Origin: Basidiobolus meristosporus CBS 931.73
Taxonomy: Eukaryota; Fungi; Basidiobolomycota
NCBI GenBank assembly: GCA_002104905.1
Contig: MCFE01000060.1
Coordinates: forward strand, 130,043-194,042
Reading direction: 5' to 3'
Length of the DNA: 64,000 nucleotides
A model generated the notes under the pieces. The model worked only from the letters and a program-made list of their open reading frames with translations, had not been told where the DNA came from and did no database searches. Positions 1-13,483 of this stretch are shown in pieces. Numbering within the stretch: the stretch's first letter is position 1; each line of letters starts with the position of its first letter. Made by a program: the position numbers and the translations under genes.

Positions 1-2
1 AG

Positions 3-1906
3 AACTATGCTCAAATTGCTAAGCCACTGACTCAGTTATTACAGAAAAACCAGAAATTTGAATGGCATGAAGAACAGGCAAATGCTATGTTGACATTGCT
101 TGAGTCATTATCAAAGCCACCTGTCTTAGCAGCTATGGACTACAGTGTTATTGATTCACAACCAATCATTGTATCAGTTGATAGCTCTGGAATTGGGGTT
201 GGTGGAATCATGATTCAAGTTTCAAAAGATCATCATCGACAACCTTGCAAATATCTTAGTAGACTATTCAAAGGGAATGAGCTTAACTATCCATCTATCA
301 AGAAAGAAGCACTGGGAGTACTCTATGTACTCAAAAAGCTAAAGCCATACTTATTAGGAGTACACCTCACACTGGAGGTTGATGTCAAGCCATTATTAGG
401 AATGTTGAATAAGTTGGAGCTTTTGCCTGATCCTATTCTAGCACGGTGGATATCATACATCCAGATCTTTGACTTTATGCTGCAACACATACCAGGAGCC
501 AATCACAAAGGACCTGATGCCTTATCTAGAAAGCAACCAAATTCACCGTACTCAACTGATGATGATGAGATTGAAGAGTTTCTTGAAAACACTAGTCTTG
601 GATTCTCATTCAGACATATGATACAAAGCAATTATCAACAAATCAAGGAATTTCTTGTATCACTCAAAGTTCCTGCTGATATCCCACAAATTAACGCACA
701 AATTTTAAAAGGAAGGCTCTGAAGTTTTTACTGCATGATGGCACACTTTTCAGAAAAAGCAAACATGGAGTTCCTCAACGGTATATACATAACAAGCATG
801 ATCAAGAGAAGATCATTCAAGAATTGCATGAATCTGAATCAGGAGGTCATAAGGGAATTACATCAACATATGCAAAAATCTCCTTACGGTATTTTTGGCC
901 AACACTGTACACCAACACAAAAGAATATGTGAAATCATGTATTCCATGTCAAAGAAGAGACAACCAAAAGATGCATGAACCACTTCACAATATATACACA
1001 TCTTATGCTTGGCAAATTGCACAAGTAGATATTATACATTTACCAAGGGCAACAGCTGGGTATAAGTATGTGGTGGACTGTTGTGATAACTTTACTGGTT
1101 GGATAGAGGCTAGAATGCTGAAACAAGCCAATGCAAAAGCAGTAGCAAGATTTCTCAAAGAAGATGTATATCTCAGACATGGTTCAGTTGGCACCCTTAT
1201 TGCAGACAATGGAGAATGTGGATCTTATGAAATACAAGCACTAGCGACAAAGCATGGAACCAAGCTTATACATACTACGCCATATCACCCACAAGCAAAT
1301 TCACCAGTTGAATGTGGACATTCTGCTTTTGCAAACACATTAGCAAAGCTTAGCTATGAAGAACCCAACAAATGGGCAAATAACTTTCATGCAGCAATTT
1401 GGTCTGATAGAGTCATGGCCAAAAGAAGTACAGGTTATACACCATTTTTTTTAATATATGGACATGAAGCTGTTTTGCCGATAGACATATCTTTTGAGAA
1501 TTGGCTTACCCTCCCATGGAAACCAACCATGACAACATCAGAGCTATTGCTAGCAAGAGTACAACAGATTCAACAAGCACACACTCTGCAACAGAATGCA
1601 ATAGAAAACCTGAAGAAATCCAGAATGGCTGGCAAGGAGTACTTTGACGCTCAAAAATGCCTAAGAAAAACATTGTTAGAAGTAGGTGAGTTGATACTAC
1701 TTCACAACACAAAAAGCCAAAGAAACAAGGCATCCAAGCTGGATATGCAATGGCAAGGTCCCTACAAGATCATACATGCAAACAAAAATGGATCTTACAA
1801 ACTAGCAGAACTTGACAGTACACCACTTGCACTGACACAACCTGGTAACAGATTGAAGAAGTTCCATATCAGAAGTAATAATGAGGGCATTATTTCTCAA
1901 AGTTAG
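3..1906 (+). pseudogene. Ty3/Gypsy family A pol 3' part (RT end, RNase H, integrase); one frameshift near 705-720; 5' part lies outside the window
   Basis: 87..722 has Gypsy RNase H motifs (VDSSGIGVGG, YPSIKKEALGV, HIPGANHKGPDALSR). 824..1906 has the H-H-C-C zinc finger (HESESGGH...CIPCQ), rve core (VDIIH, IADNGE, PVECGH) and GPY motif (WQGPYKI). The integrase frame is open from ~716 (ALKFLLHDGTLF). No chromodomain before the stop. Confidence 0.93.
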
Positions 1907-1914
1907 GGGAGACT

Positions 1915-3043
1915 TGTGGTAATGGAAAGTATTCCATTACTACAATATCTCTAAACCAATATTGCACTCATTTCTTTATTTTGCTTTTTGCTATCGTAAC
2001 ACACAAGTGAAAGATCAAGAATTTCCAACTTTGATGAACAAATGTTCCAGACCCTGACAAGCAATCCACCCAAGAATATTATGTCATACAGAACACGTAG
2101 TAGCCAACACATGTTTCAAATTACAGCTCATTTGAAGCAGTACTTAAGGAGTTATCACCAAAAGAGTCCAACTATTATATATACTATGCCTTATTACTAG
2201 GATTACTATGGTGACTTTGATTGCATGTAACTTTCAAGCCAGCCAATCAAGTCACGTGAAATTTTCACAGGTGCTGCGCCTATGTCTGATCTGCACCACT
2301 GCAAAATATTAGCTTCGTATCATGTGTATTGCTTGTGTAATCACCCAAAAACTTTGATCCTTCAAAATTTTCATATTTATGACTTCCCCAGCTGAAAAAT
2401 AAAGAGAGAGCCTCTCTTTCCAGAATCTCCACACTATGATTACAAGTTTAAAGGTTATAAGACTTCCCCTGCATCACTTGCACTGTTGAGTATTCTGACT
2501 TTGATTGGTACTACATCAGTAAAGAGACTGCAAAGCCCACAAGAATCCAATCTAAGTTCTACAAGAAACTACCACTTTTCTGTCGGAAAAGTCCCCTCTA
2601 AGAAGCCCCTTTACTCTAAAGACACCCCTTTAGAGACCACTACAAGAAGCCCCTTTACTCTAAAGACACCCCTTTAGGTCTAAAGACCCCTTTAGAGACT
2701 TCTACAACACACCCTTTTAGGTTAAAGGGGAGTTCAGAATTTCCATATTAGGAAATATTTTCTCAGAAAGGAAAGTGACTTCCAAATAAGGAAAAGTTAC
2801 TATAAAAGTAAATAAGCCCATTAGTTGACAGAAGGTCAGAACACTGCTGTAGAAGTGATAAATACTGCCTACTGTATATTTTGAGCCCAAGATTGAGGAA
2901 ATTAGTGAAAGTTATATCTTCTATTGGTATATCAAACTCCCAATAAACTATTTCAGTATTAGCATACTGGAAGTTGTTGTATATTGTAGATTAGCCTCTA
3001 CAGTGTAGAACAAGCCCCAAACTAATCATAATACACCACAACA
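1915..3043 (+). mobile_element. 3' LTR of Gypsy family A (1129 bp)
   Basis: Follows PPT AGGGGAGAC (1905-1913); TGTGG...CAACA termini; homologous to 4011-5251 and the reverse complement of 9253-10494. Confidence 0.93.
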
Positions 3044-6000
3044 CATCCCAGATTATCTTCTTGATATCTTCATCCACCTCATTGGGAATGGCTTAGTCCT
3101 CTAAGTATTTTGGTATTAGGCTAGGTGAATCTTATTCATGAACCAAGTACAGTTGTGAAACTTGTTCTATTCTTGATAAGGTATCAGCAACTGTGTTGTT
3201 TGTTCCAGGGCAGTTGACAATCTCCAAGTCAATTTGCTGAATGTATTCTCTTCATCTTGTCATTCTTCTAGAGAGCACCTTCTAAGTAAGTATATACTTG
3301 AGGGATGCATGATCAGTCTTCACAGTGCATATGACTCCGTCAATATTGCATCTTCATATCTTCTAACAGTGTATTATAGCAAGCATCTCCTTCACATGCA
3401 CTGGATGGTTTTGTTCTGCTGAGCTCAGTTTCTTGGATACAAAGGCAACTACATAGTTCTTTCCCTTGTGTTCTTGGCTCAACACTCCACCAATTGCATA
3501 ATTGGAAGCATCCATGCACAGAGTAAACTCTTTTTGAGGTTAGGTATTCTTAAGCTTGGCAGCTTAGTAAGTTCATTCTTGAGTGTCTGGAAGGCAGTCT
3601 CACAAGCTATGTCCCACTTGAGGGTAGTATCTTTCTTCAGGATATTAGTTGAAGGGGCTGCAATACTTGCAAAGGACTTGACAAATCTCCAATGATTGGA
3701 AACCATTCCAAGGTATGATCTGAGCTCTGATTTGCTATGGGGCTGCTTCAGATTTTTAATAACTTCAACCTTCTTAGGGTCTAAGGTCACTCCTATGCTA
3801 GTCACTATGTGTCCCAGATATGCAATGTTTTCCTTGAAGAACTCACACTTGGCTAGCTTGCCATATAGTTTGTTCTCTCTTAGCTTCTTCAAGACCTTCT
3901 CCATGTGCACCATGTGATCCTCCTCTGTCTTGCTGTTTATCAATATGTCACCTAGGTAGATTATCACAAACCTTTCTAGGTATTCCTTGAAGAGAGTCTG
4001 CATCTGGGTCTGTGGTAATGGAAAGTATTCCATTACTACAATATCTCAAAATAAATATTGCACTCATTTCTTTATTTTGCTTTTTGCTACTGTAACTCAC
4101 AGGTGAAAGGTTAAGAATTTACAACTGTGAAAGAAATACTCCAGACCCTGACAGGCAATCCATCCAAGAATGTTATGTCATACAGAACACACATTGGCCA
4201 ATACATGTTTCAAATTACAGCTCATTTAAAGCAGTACTTAAGGAGTTATGACCAAAAGAGTTCAACTACTTTATATACTAGGTCTCTATTACTAGGATTA
4301 CTATGGTGACTTTGATCATGTGTAACTTTTGACCAATCAATCAAATCACGTGAAGTTCTCACAGGTGCTGTGCCTATATCTGATCTGCACCACTGCAAGA
4401 TTTTTGCTTTGTATCATGTGTACTGCTTGCTCAATTGCCCAAAAACTTTGATCCTTCAGAAATTTCATATATATGACCTCCCCAGCTGAAAAAAAAACAA
4501 GGAGAGCCTGTCTTTCCAGAATCTCCACACTACAATTACAAGTTTAAAGGTTATAAGACTTCCTGTGCATCACTTGCATTGTTCAGTATTCTGACTTTGA
4601 TTGGTACTACATCAGCAAAGAGATGCAAAGCTCACAAGAATCCAATCCAAGTTCTACAAGAAACCACAACTTTTCTGTTGGAGAAGTCCCCTCTAAGAAG
4701 CCCCTATACTCTAAAGACACCCCTTTAGACACCTCTCTAGTCTAAAGACCCCTTTAGAGACCTCTTAAAGAAACCCCTTCACTCTAAAGAAGCCCCTTTA
4801 GGCACCCCCTTTAGTGAAAAGTCCACTTTAGAGACCACTACAAGAAGCCCCTTTACTCTAAAGACACCCCTTTAGACACCCCTTTAGGTCTAAAGACTCC
4901 TTTGGAGACTTCTACAATACACCCCTTTAGGTTAACAGGGAGCTCAGAATTTCTATATTAGGGAATATTTTTACAAAGGAGAGTGACCTCCAAATAATGA
5001 AAAGTTACCATAAAAGTTAATAAGCCCATTAGTCAACAGAAGGTTAGAACACAGCTGTAGAAGTGAGAAACTCTGCCTATAGTACATTTTGAGCCTAAGA
5101 TTGAGGATATTAGTGAAAGTTATATCTTCTATTGGTATATCAAAACCCCTATAAACTATTTCAGTAGTAGCATACTGGAAGTTGTTGTATATTGTTGATT
5201 AGCTGCCACATTGTAGAACTAGCCCCAAACTAATCATTATACAACATAACAGGTCATGAATGTTGCAGAGGCATTGGTAAGGACAAAACTCATGACTTAG
5301 TACTTGTAATGTCCATATGCAGTGCTGAAGGCTCTCTTAGGGATGTCTTCTGTACTCACCCTAATCTAGTTGTATTCTGACCTGAGGTCAATCTTGCTAA
5401 GAATAGTGGCTCCATTGAGTTGGTCCAAAAGCTCATCAATCTGAGGTATAGGGCACTTATTCTTCACAGTGACTGAGTTGAGGGCTCTGTAGTTAATGCA
5501 CATCCTGAGTGCTCCATCCTTCTTCTTCACAAAAGCACTGGTGCTCCCCATGGCAACTTGCTGGCTCTGATATATCCTTGCTCCAATAACTGATCTATTT
5601 GTTTCTTCATCTATTCTGACTCCAATGGACTCATTCTGTAAGGTGTCTTACTCACTGGAGGGCTATCTCCTGTGTCAATGGCATAATCCACATCTCTGAC
5701 AGGTGGTAGGCCTACAAGTTCATCTGGAAATATGTCTGAATACTCCTTCAAAAGAGTCTGGACTTTCTGGGGTACTCAAGTAGAGAAATCCTCCTTTAAT
5801 ACTGCCATGAGGAACATCTGGGTGCCTTTCCTAAGTGCTCTTCAGAACTGTGTCTCACTAAGTTCACACATTTCACACACACTGAAGTTGACCAAGTTGA
5901 AATCCAGTCTGGCAGGTGATAGGTCATAGTTCTTGTTATCCTTCTGGATCTGAGTAGCATGGGTTCTTCAGTTGCTTGACAGATTACAACAAAATAGCCA

Positions 6001-7665
6001 GGTATTTCCAAGTACAAGGTCATACTTGCAGTTCCCAAATATATTAGCCTGTAGGTCTTCTTCTTAGTCATTGATCTTCATCCTTACTGGCTGAGTAATA
6101 TAGTTGGTTATGTGAGAGTTCCCTTCAGCTGTTGAGACTGAAGTTAACTTGGTAGGTTCCCAGCTGATTCCAGCTTTCAAAGCAAATTGCTTCAACATGT
6201 ACTCATGCAATGCTCCTGTGTCAATCATGATATTGACAGGTACCCCATTGATTACTCCACACAAATATATTAGCTTTCTTGAGTTTGAGGTCATCTGGGA
6301 TAGGTGTTCTTCTGCCATATGGAAGGTGAGTTCTGAGTCTTCTTCAGTTTCATCCTCCATGTTACTTTGCTCAAGGGCTTCAATATGGTAGAAGGTTCTT
6401 GATGGCTGGTGTCCACTTCTTCTCTGAGGGCAGCACTTTGCAATATGTCCCTGCTGGTGGCAATTGAAGCAAAGTCTGTTCTTCTTTCATTCTTCTGAGG
6501 TAGGATTCTTCTGCATAGCATCTATTACCCTTGGCACTGCTTTGATTGTCTTCTAATATATTGATTGTAGCCTCTCTGATTGGTCATTGTGGGCTTCCCA
6601 ACTCCAAATATTACTGAGTCATAGTCAATGGTAATCTTGATGGCTTCTTCAATAGTCTGGGGTCTTCAATAATTCACTTCCGTGCAAGTTCTTTTGTTCA
6701 ACCCATCAATAAAGTATTCCACTTGATCCAGGGGGTTCATTCTTTCAATTTGTCCAAGTAGACATCTATATTCATAGATGTACTCTTGAACCACTCCTTT
6801 CTGTCTGAGTGTTTTCAACTCTCTTATTAGTAGTGTCTGCTGGTGTGGAAGTTCAAAAGCATCTTGAATTTCAAACACAAACTCATTCCAGGTATGGATT
6901 GTAGAGCATCCCATGATGGTGGCTGACCTGATCTTGTTGTGGTACCACTGCAAAGCTGCATCTGCCAGGTAAGAGGCTGCATAATGAAACTTGCTCTCTA
7001 GAGCAATTCCCTTAGCCTCAAAGGCTTCTTCAATCTGGAAGAGCCAAGTTCCCAAGTTTTCATTAACTCTTCCATGGTACCAGTTGACCATCACACTAAA
7101 GTTGATCTGTACAGGGTTTTGCTGGCTTTGGGCCATGGCAGTTGCTCCTTATTGCTGCTGGCTAAGGATCTGGAGTAATTGTTGCTGTTGGGCCAGGATT
7201 TGCTGCATATCATTCTTCCATTCTTGATTTTCAGACATCTTGAGGGAGGCTCTTCTCTCTTGAGGAGGGAGGTTTCTGATTATTGCTGCTACCAATGTTA
7301 CAAATCTTGGTATAAGAGCTGTAGAGGAATAGGGGGTTTAGCTAGTTTTGTATTCACTTAAACTTGAACTGATTTTTATTGAGGTACCAGCAGCTCCTTA
7401 TAGACAACTTTGCCCAATCAATTGCTGAATAAATGTACTTCCTAATTTAGGTTGTGGCTGATGACACATTTGATTGCATCATCATTACCAAATAAGATTC
7501 CACTTAATATATCTATTCCTGTCCAATTAGGATCTGCTGATTTGTCTGCTGACTAAGGCTATTAATTTGATAGATAACACTGATACACTGATAAGCTGAA
7601 CATATAACTAATCAATTTGACTAGAAACTGATCTAACTTAACCATTCAAGCAGTAGATCATGACC
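3044..7665 (-). mobile_element. Gypsy family B copy B1 (decayed gag-PR-RT-RH, 5' LTR ~7296-7665), split by a solo LTR; 3' part displaced by element A
   Basis: Gag 6666..7136 (LGTWLFQIEEAF...AALQWY); protease MIDTGA (6064..6360); [13 protein letters not shown] and IIYLGDILI; PBS TGGTAGCAG (complement at 7286-7294) next to the LTR end GTAACA; LTR matches 22064-22431. Confidence 0.9.
4011..5251 (+). mobile_element. Solo LTR of Gypsy family A (1241 bp), TSD GGTC
   Basis: TG...CA ends; GGTC at 4007-4010 and 5252-5255; removing it restores the RT motif NASATFMTQMQTLFKEYL of B1. Confidence 0.95.
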
Positions 7666-10600
7666 TAAATATATACTTGAGTGAGGTGTGATCAGTCTTC
7701 ACAGTGCACCAGACTTCTTCAATTTGGCATCTCCAGGTCTTCAAGCAGTGTACAATTGAAATCATCACCTCCTTATGCACTGGATTGTTCTGTTTGGCTG
7801 AGTTCAGTTTCTTGGATTCAAAAGCAACTGAGAAGTCTTTTCCCTCATGTTCTGGGCTCAGTACACCAATTGCTTAGTCTGAAGCATCCATGCACAGAGC
7901 AAACTCTTTTCTGAAGAGTGGGATTCTTAAGCTTGGCAGCTTAGCAAGTTCATTCTCCAACATCTGCATGGCAGTCTCACAGGCTATATTGCACTTCAAG
8001 GTGTTGTCATTCTTGAAAATATCAGTTATAAGGGCTGCAATACTTGCAAAGAACTTGACAAACCTCTAATAATAGGAAACCATTCTAAGGAATAATCCAA
8101 GTTCCAATATGCTATGGGGCTGCTTCAGATTCTTGATGACTTCAAACTTCCTGAGGTATAAGGTTACTCCTGTGCTAATCACTATGTGTCACATGTATTC
8201 AACATGTTCCTTCAAGAATTTGCACTTTCCTAGCCTGCCATAAAGCTTACGCTCTCTTAGATTCTGCATATTCCTTGAAAAGAGTCTGGACCTTCTGGGG
8301 TGCCAGAGTAGAGGGATCTCCCTGTAACACCACCACAAGGAACTTCTGGGTACCATTTCTAGGTGCTCTACAGAACTGTGACTTGCTAAGTCTACATGTT
8401 TCACACACATTAGAATTGACCAAGTTGAAGTCCAGTACGGCAGGTAATAGCGCAATGGTCTTGTTGTCCTTCTTGATCTTAGTAGCAAGGGTTTGGTTCT
8501 CCAGATGATATATGGATTGCAACAAAATAGCCAGCTTCTTGCAAGTACAAGGTTGAGCTTGTAGTTCCCAATAATATGGGCCCATAGGTCTTCTTCATAG
8601 TCATTGATCTTTATTCCTACTGGTTGAATAATACTATTAATTATGTGAGAGTTCTCATCAGCTGTTGTGACTGGAGTTGATTTGATTGGTTACAAGTTGA
8701 ATCCAGCTTTTAAGGTAAATTGCTCTGATATGTACTTATGTGATGCTCCTGAGTCAAACATGATCTTTCCAAGTACCCTGTTGATTACTCCATTCAAGTA
8801 TAATAACTTTCCTGAGTTTGAGGACATTTGGGATAGGTACTCTTCTGTCATTTGGAAGGTGAGTTTGGAGACTTCTTTGAGCTCATCCCCCATGTTACTA
8901 TGCTCATGAACTTCAATATGACTGAAGGTTCTTGTTGATTGGTGTCCATTTCTTCTCTCAGGGCAGTAATTACAATATGTTCCTGTTGGTGGCAGCTGAA
9001 GCAAAGTCCTATCTTCTTATATTCATCTGAGGTAGGATTCTTTGGCATAGCATCTATTTCCATTGGCACTGCTACTGATTGTCTTCTTTCAGAGTGATTA
9101 TAGCTTTTCTGATTAGTCATTATGTGCTTCCCAACTCCAAATATAGCTGAGTTGTAGTCAATGGCAGATTTGATGGCTTCTTCAATAGTCCAAGGTCTTT
9201 GATAACTCACTTCCTTGAAAGTTTGTTCTGTCAACCAGCCCATAAAATATTCTGTTGTGTTACATTATGATTAGTTTGAGGCTTGTTCTACAATGTAGAG
9301 GCTAATCAACAAGATACAACAACTTCCAGTATGCTAATACTGAAAGAGTTTATTGGGAGTTTGATATACCAATAGAAGATATAACTTTCCCTAATTTCCT
9401 CAATCTTAGGCTCAAAATATACTGTAGGCAGTGTTTATCACTTCTACAGCAGTGTTCTGACCTTCTGTTGACTAATGGCTTCTTTACTTTTATAGTAACT
9501 TTTCCTTATTTGGAAGTCACTTTCCTTTCTGAGATAACATTTCCTAATATGGAAATTTTGAATTCCCCCTTAAACTAAAGGGGTGTGTTGTAGAAGTCCC
9601 TATGGGTGTCTTTAGACCTAAAGGGGAGTCTAAAGGGGTGTCCTTAGAGTAAAGGGGCTTCTTGTAGTGGTCTCTAATGTGGACTTTACACTAAAGGGGT
9701 GCCTGAAGGGGCTTCTCTACAGTAAAGGGGTTTCTTAAAGGGGTCTCCAAAGGGGTCTTTAGACTAAAGGGGTGTGTAAAAGGGTGTCTTTAGAGTAAAG
9801 GGGTCTCTTAGAGAGGACTTTTCCAACAGAAAAGTGGTAGTTTCTTGTAGAACTTAGAATGGATTCTGGTGAGCTTTGCAGTCTCTTTACTGATGTAGTA
9901 CCAACCAAAGTCAGAATACTCAACAGTGCAAGTGATGCATGGGAAGTCCTATAGCCATTAAACTTGTAATTGTAGTGTAGAGATTCTGGAAAGAGAGGCT
10001 CCCTTCTTATTTTTCAGCTGGGGAAGTCATGTATATGAAAATTCTGAAGGATCAAAGTTTCTGGGCAATTGTGTAAGCAATACACATGATACAAGGCTAA
10101 AATTTTGCTGTGGCGCAGATTGGACATAGGCACAGCACCTATGAATATTTAACATGATTTGATTGGTTGGTTTAAAAGTTACATGCAAACAAAGTCACCA
10201 TAGTAATCCTAGCAATAAGGCATAGTATATATAATAGCTGGACTCTTTTGGTCATAACTCCTTAAGTACTGCTTTGAATGAGCTGTACTTTGAAACATGT
10301 GTTGGCTACTATGTGTTTTGTATGACACAATATTGTTGGGTGGATTGCTTGTCAGGGTCTGGAGCATTTGTTCTTCAAAGTTGGAACTTCTTGATCTTTC
10401 ACTTTTGTGTTACAATAGCAAAAAGCAAAATAAAGAAATGAGTGCAATATTGGTTTAGAGATATTGTTGTAATGGAATACTTTCCATTACCACAATTCCA
10501 CTTGATCCAGGGGGTTCATTCTTTCAATTTGTTCAAGTTGACATCTATATTTATAAGTGCACTTCTCAACCATTCCTATCTGTTCAATTGTCTTCAACTT

Positions 10601-11453
10601 TCTTCTTATTAGTGGTTGCTCTTGTTAAGGCTCAAAAGCACCTTGAATTCCAGCACAAACTCATCTCAGGTAGTGATTGTAGAGCATCCTGTCATAGTGC
10701 TGGCCTGATCATGTTGTGAAACCACTGTAAAGCTGCATCTGCTAAGTAAGAAGCTGCTTAACGCAACTTGGTTTCTGAGGCAGTTCCTTTAGCCTAAAAG
10801 TTGCTTCAATCTGCAAGAGTCAGGTTCCCAAGTTTTCATTGACTCTGCCATGGTACCAGTTGATGGTTACACTAAAGCTGCACTTGACAAGATTTTGCAG
10901 GCTTTGGGCCATGATAGTCATTCCTTGTTGCTGCTGGCTAAGGATGTGGAGTAGCAGTTGTTGCTGACCCAGTTGTGCTGCATATGATTTATCAATTCTT
11001 GACTTTTGATGTCTTGAGGGTGGCCTCTTCTTTCTTCAGGGGGGAGGTTTCTGATTAAAGCCATTATCTATGTTACAAGTATTGATATAAATGGTGTAGA
11101 GGAATAGGGAATTTAGTAGTATTGCACTCACTCAAACTTGGCCAATTTTTATCGAGGCTCCAGCAGCTCCTTGTATACAGTTTGCAAGATCAATTGCAGA
11201 CTAATGTATTTCCCAATGTATTTTGTGGCCAATAACTCATTAGATTGCATCATCATCATCCAATTAGATTATACCTTATATACCTATTTCTATCTGACAA
11301 GGATTTGCTGATTCATATTTTGACTACCACTACTAATTTTTTAGATAGCACTGATATTTTGGTAGGCTAAGCATAAAGCTAATTGATTGGACTTAATACT
11401 GATTTAACTTAAACTCTCACATAGTAGATCACAATGCTACAGCTGTCCTAACA
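7666..11453 (-). mobile_element. Gypsy family B copy B2 (decayed, most of RT deleted near 8260, 5' LTR 11071-11453)
   Basis: Gag with CCHC-like knuckle (CFSCHQQEH, 8848..9243); protease MFDSGASH; RNase H end collinear with 3290-3830; LTR homologous to the other B LTRs. Confidence 0.87.
9253..10494 (-). mobile_element. Solo LTR of Gypsy family A (1242 bp), TSD ATTC
   Basis: Reverse complement of 4011-5251; ATTC at 9249-9252 and 10495-10498; the joined flanks match B1 gag at ~6705-6745. Confidence 0.95.
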
Positions 11454-11860
11454 GAGCTAATTTTGGCTGCTGGAGCAAATGCTTCCTTAAAGTCCACTGC
11501 TTGGATCTGGTAATAGCCTTGAGTCACTTATCTAGCTTTGCGCTTATCAATGATATCATTTGAGGTTATCTTGGTTTTGTATGCCATCTTTATCCTATTG
11601 GCTTTCTCCCATTAGGTAAATCTATTAGTTTCCATATGTTTACCATGATCAGTGATTGGAACTCCTCCGGCATGGCTTGAAGCCACTTAGAAGTGTCTGA
11701 GCTTTGCGTTGTCTGATCATACTCTGAGGATTGGCACAGATGGCATGAGAAGCTTTTCAGGTTCATTAGCTGCCTAACACTATGATTCAGGGGTATCTCT
11801 TATTCTAGTAAATCCCCTAAGTGGGATAATCTATCTAAGCTGGGAGTTGATAGACTTATA
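11454..11860 (-). pseudogene. Decayed Ty1/Copia RT N-terminal fragment
   Basis: Collinear by eye with 18520-18900 of the near-intact Copia copy. Confidence 0.8.
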
Positions 11861-13133
11861 TGTTACCATTTGGCAAGTGTTTTGGTTGTAAGGAACTTGG
11901 CAAGAAATAATGATAATAGCTGAATTTTTGTTTATTTATAAAGTAACTGTGCATTGGTGCCTTTGTACAAGTAATCACAATGTAACACTAAGTAAGGAGA
12001 GTTTCTCAACATTGAGGAGCATTTGGTAATAGTCTCAAGGTTAGAACATAGTATCTGGAAAAAGTACTAATATAATCCTGATTATAGGGGAATCATTATA
12101 AAATCAAAAAGCAGAAGTAAAGTGGTGAAGTTTGGGCTGTAAATCTGTGCTACAGTGATCAAGACTAGTTCAAAAATGCTCAGTAAACTTTAGCTGCTCC
12201 AAGATAGTAAATAGTCCAATACAACTACATTGCCCATTAACTAAGTAATTTCTTGGTCCCAATTTCTCTGTGAGATTTGTAAGCTGTACTAAGTTACTTT
12301 CTACAGATCTTCTTACAAAGTTATGTTGTAAATCTTTGTGCTTAGTTCTTACATATATGGTAAGATTTCTAGCTAATGAAATTGAATTTTATTATTCTTA
12401 GGAAAAGATGTTGGCCCATCTGAACTAAAACCTAAGTCCTTCAATAATTTTGTAACCAAATGGCTTTCTTAACTGCTTGAAAAGCAGTCATATACTCTTC
12501 CTCAACCTTAGAGTGGGCCACAGTTGGTTGTTTCTTGCATCTTGTAGTAATAGCCTCACCACCATTTAGAAATACATACACAGTGGCAGAGCAACTGTCA
12601 ACTAGTTCCCTAGACCATGAGAGTCACTATAGCCATTAAGTTAATGCCTATTGGTTGCTTTGGAGCATCCCTCAACCACATCAATTGTACCATGTGGATA
12701 TCTGAAGATTTCTTTAACTGCAAAAGTTATCTGAGATTCATAAATGATTGATTATGCAAGCAGCCACTGCATTGCCAGGACATGTAGACACCATCAACTA
12801 CATCAGGATACCAACAATTGATTGGCAAGGATAGTTTGGCCTGTATTTGCGCTGTTTTTACCCTGGGCTGGCAGAGATTTGCCCAATTTATGGCCAACAC
12901 TTATGGCAGCTGCTGCGGGCTGGCAATTTTCATTTGAAGCACCAAAGAGTGTCCCAGATGTACTTGGACTGATTCAGCATAATTTGTGCATAGAGATGAC
13001 AAATTTGACTTTAATTCTGAGAGAAGCTGAAGTTTCTAAGATCTCTCATTACTTAGGGTCACAGTTGCCTCACTTCTTCATAGGTAAAATATCAAGTTTC
13101 TTCATTATCAAACAACAGGTCAACTATTATCAC

Positions 13134-13483
13134 TGTTGAAATAATTAGAAGTGCACCTAATTATTAATGTATTATGTACTAGCACTTAGTGAAATGATTT
13201 CTTTCAGATTATCAACTTAGAAATTAGTCTGTCAGATATTTACTAACTATTAGGAATTACAGAAGTATGCAATTTTAGGAAAATCTCAAACTTGTCCAAA
13301 TGAGCCAAAATATGGCATATGTACTCCTGAGACTCCTCTAACAGTTATCAAATAGCTACACTTACATAGTTCTGGAATAAGTATAAATACTGTGTTGCAA
13401 CTCAATAAAACAACATGTGAATATCATGTAAATCTTCTAACTCTCCAATTCACTTCCAATATATCTCTCTAAATATTTCAACA
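13134..13483 (+). mobile_element. Copia-type 5' LTR of a different family (350 bp) with half-tRNAiMet-like PBS
   Basis: Perfect 10-bp inverted termini TGTTGAAATA...TATTTCAACA; GTATAAATA box and AATAAA; followed by GATTATGAGCTC (13484-13495). Confidence 0.75.

Noticed and set aside
1780-1906. Chromodomain at the Gypsy integrase C-terminus (also checked at 22424-22654)
   Set aside because: Both integrases stop shortly after the GPY/F region, directly before the PPT.
2588-2725. LTR array as interstitial telomere repeat
   Set aside because: The words are CCCCTTTAG/CTAAAG in mixed orientation, not tandem TTAGGG.
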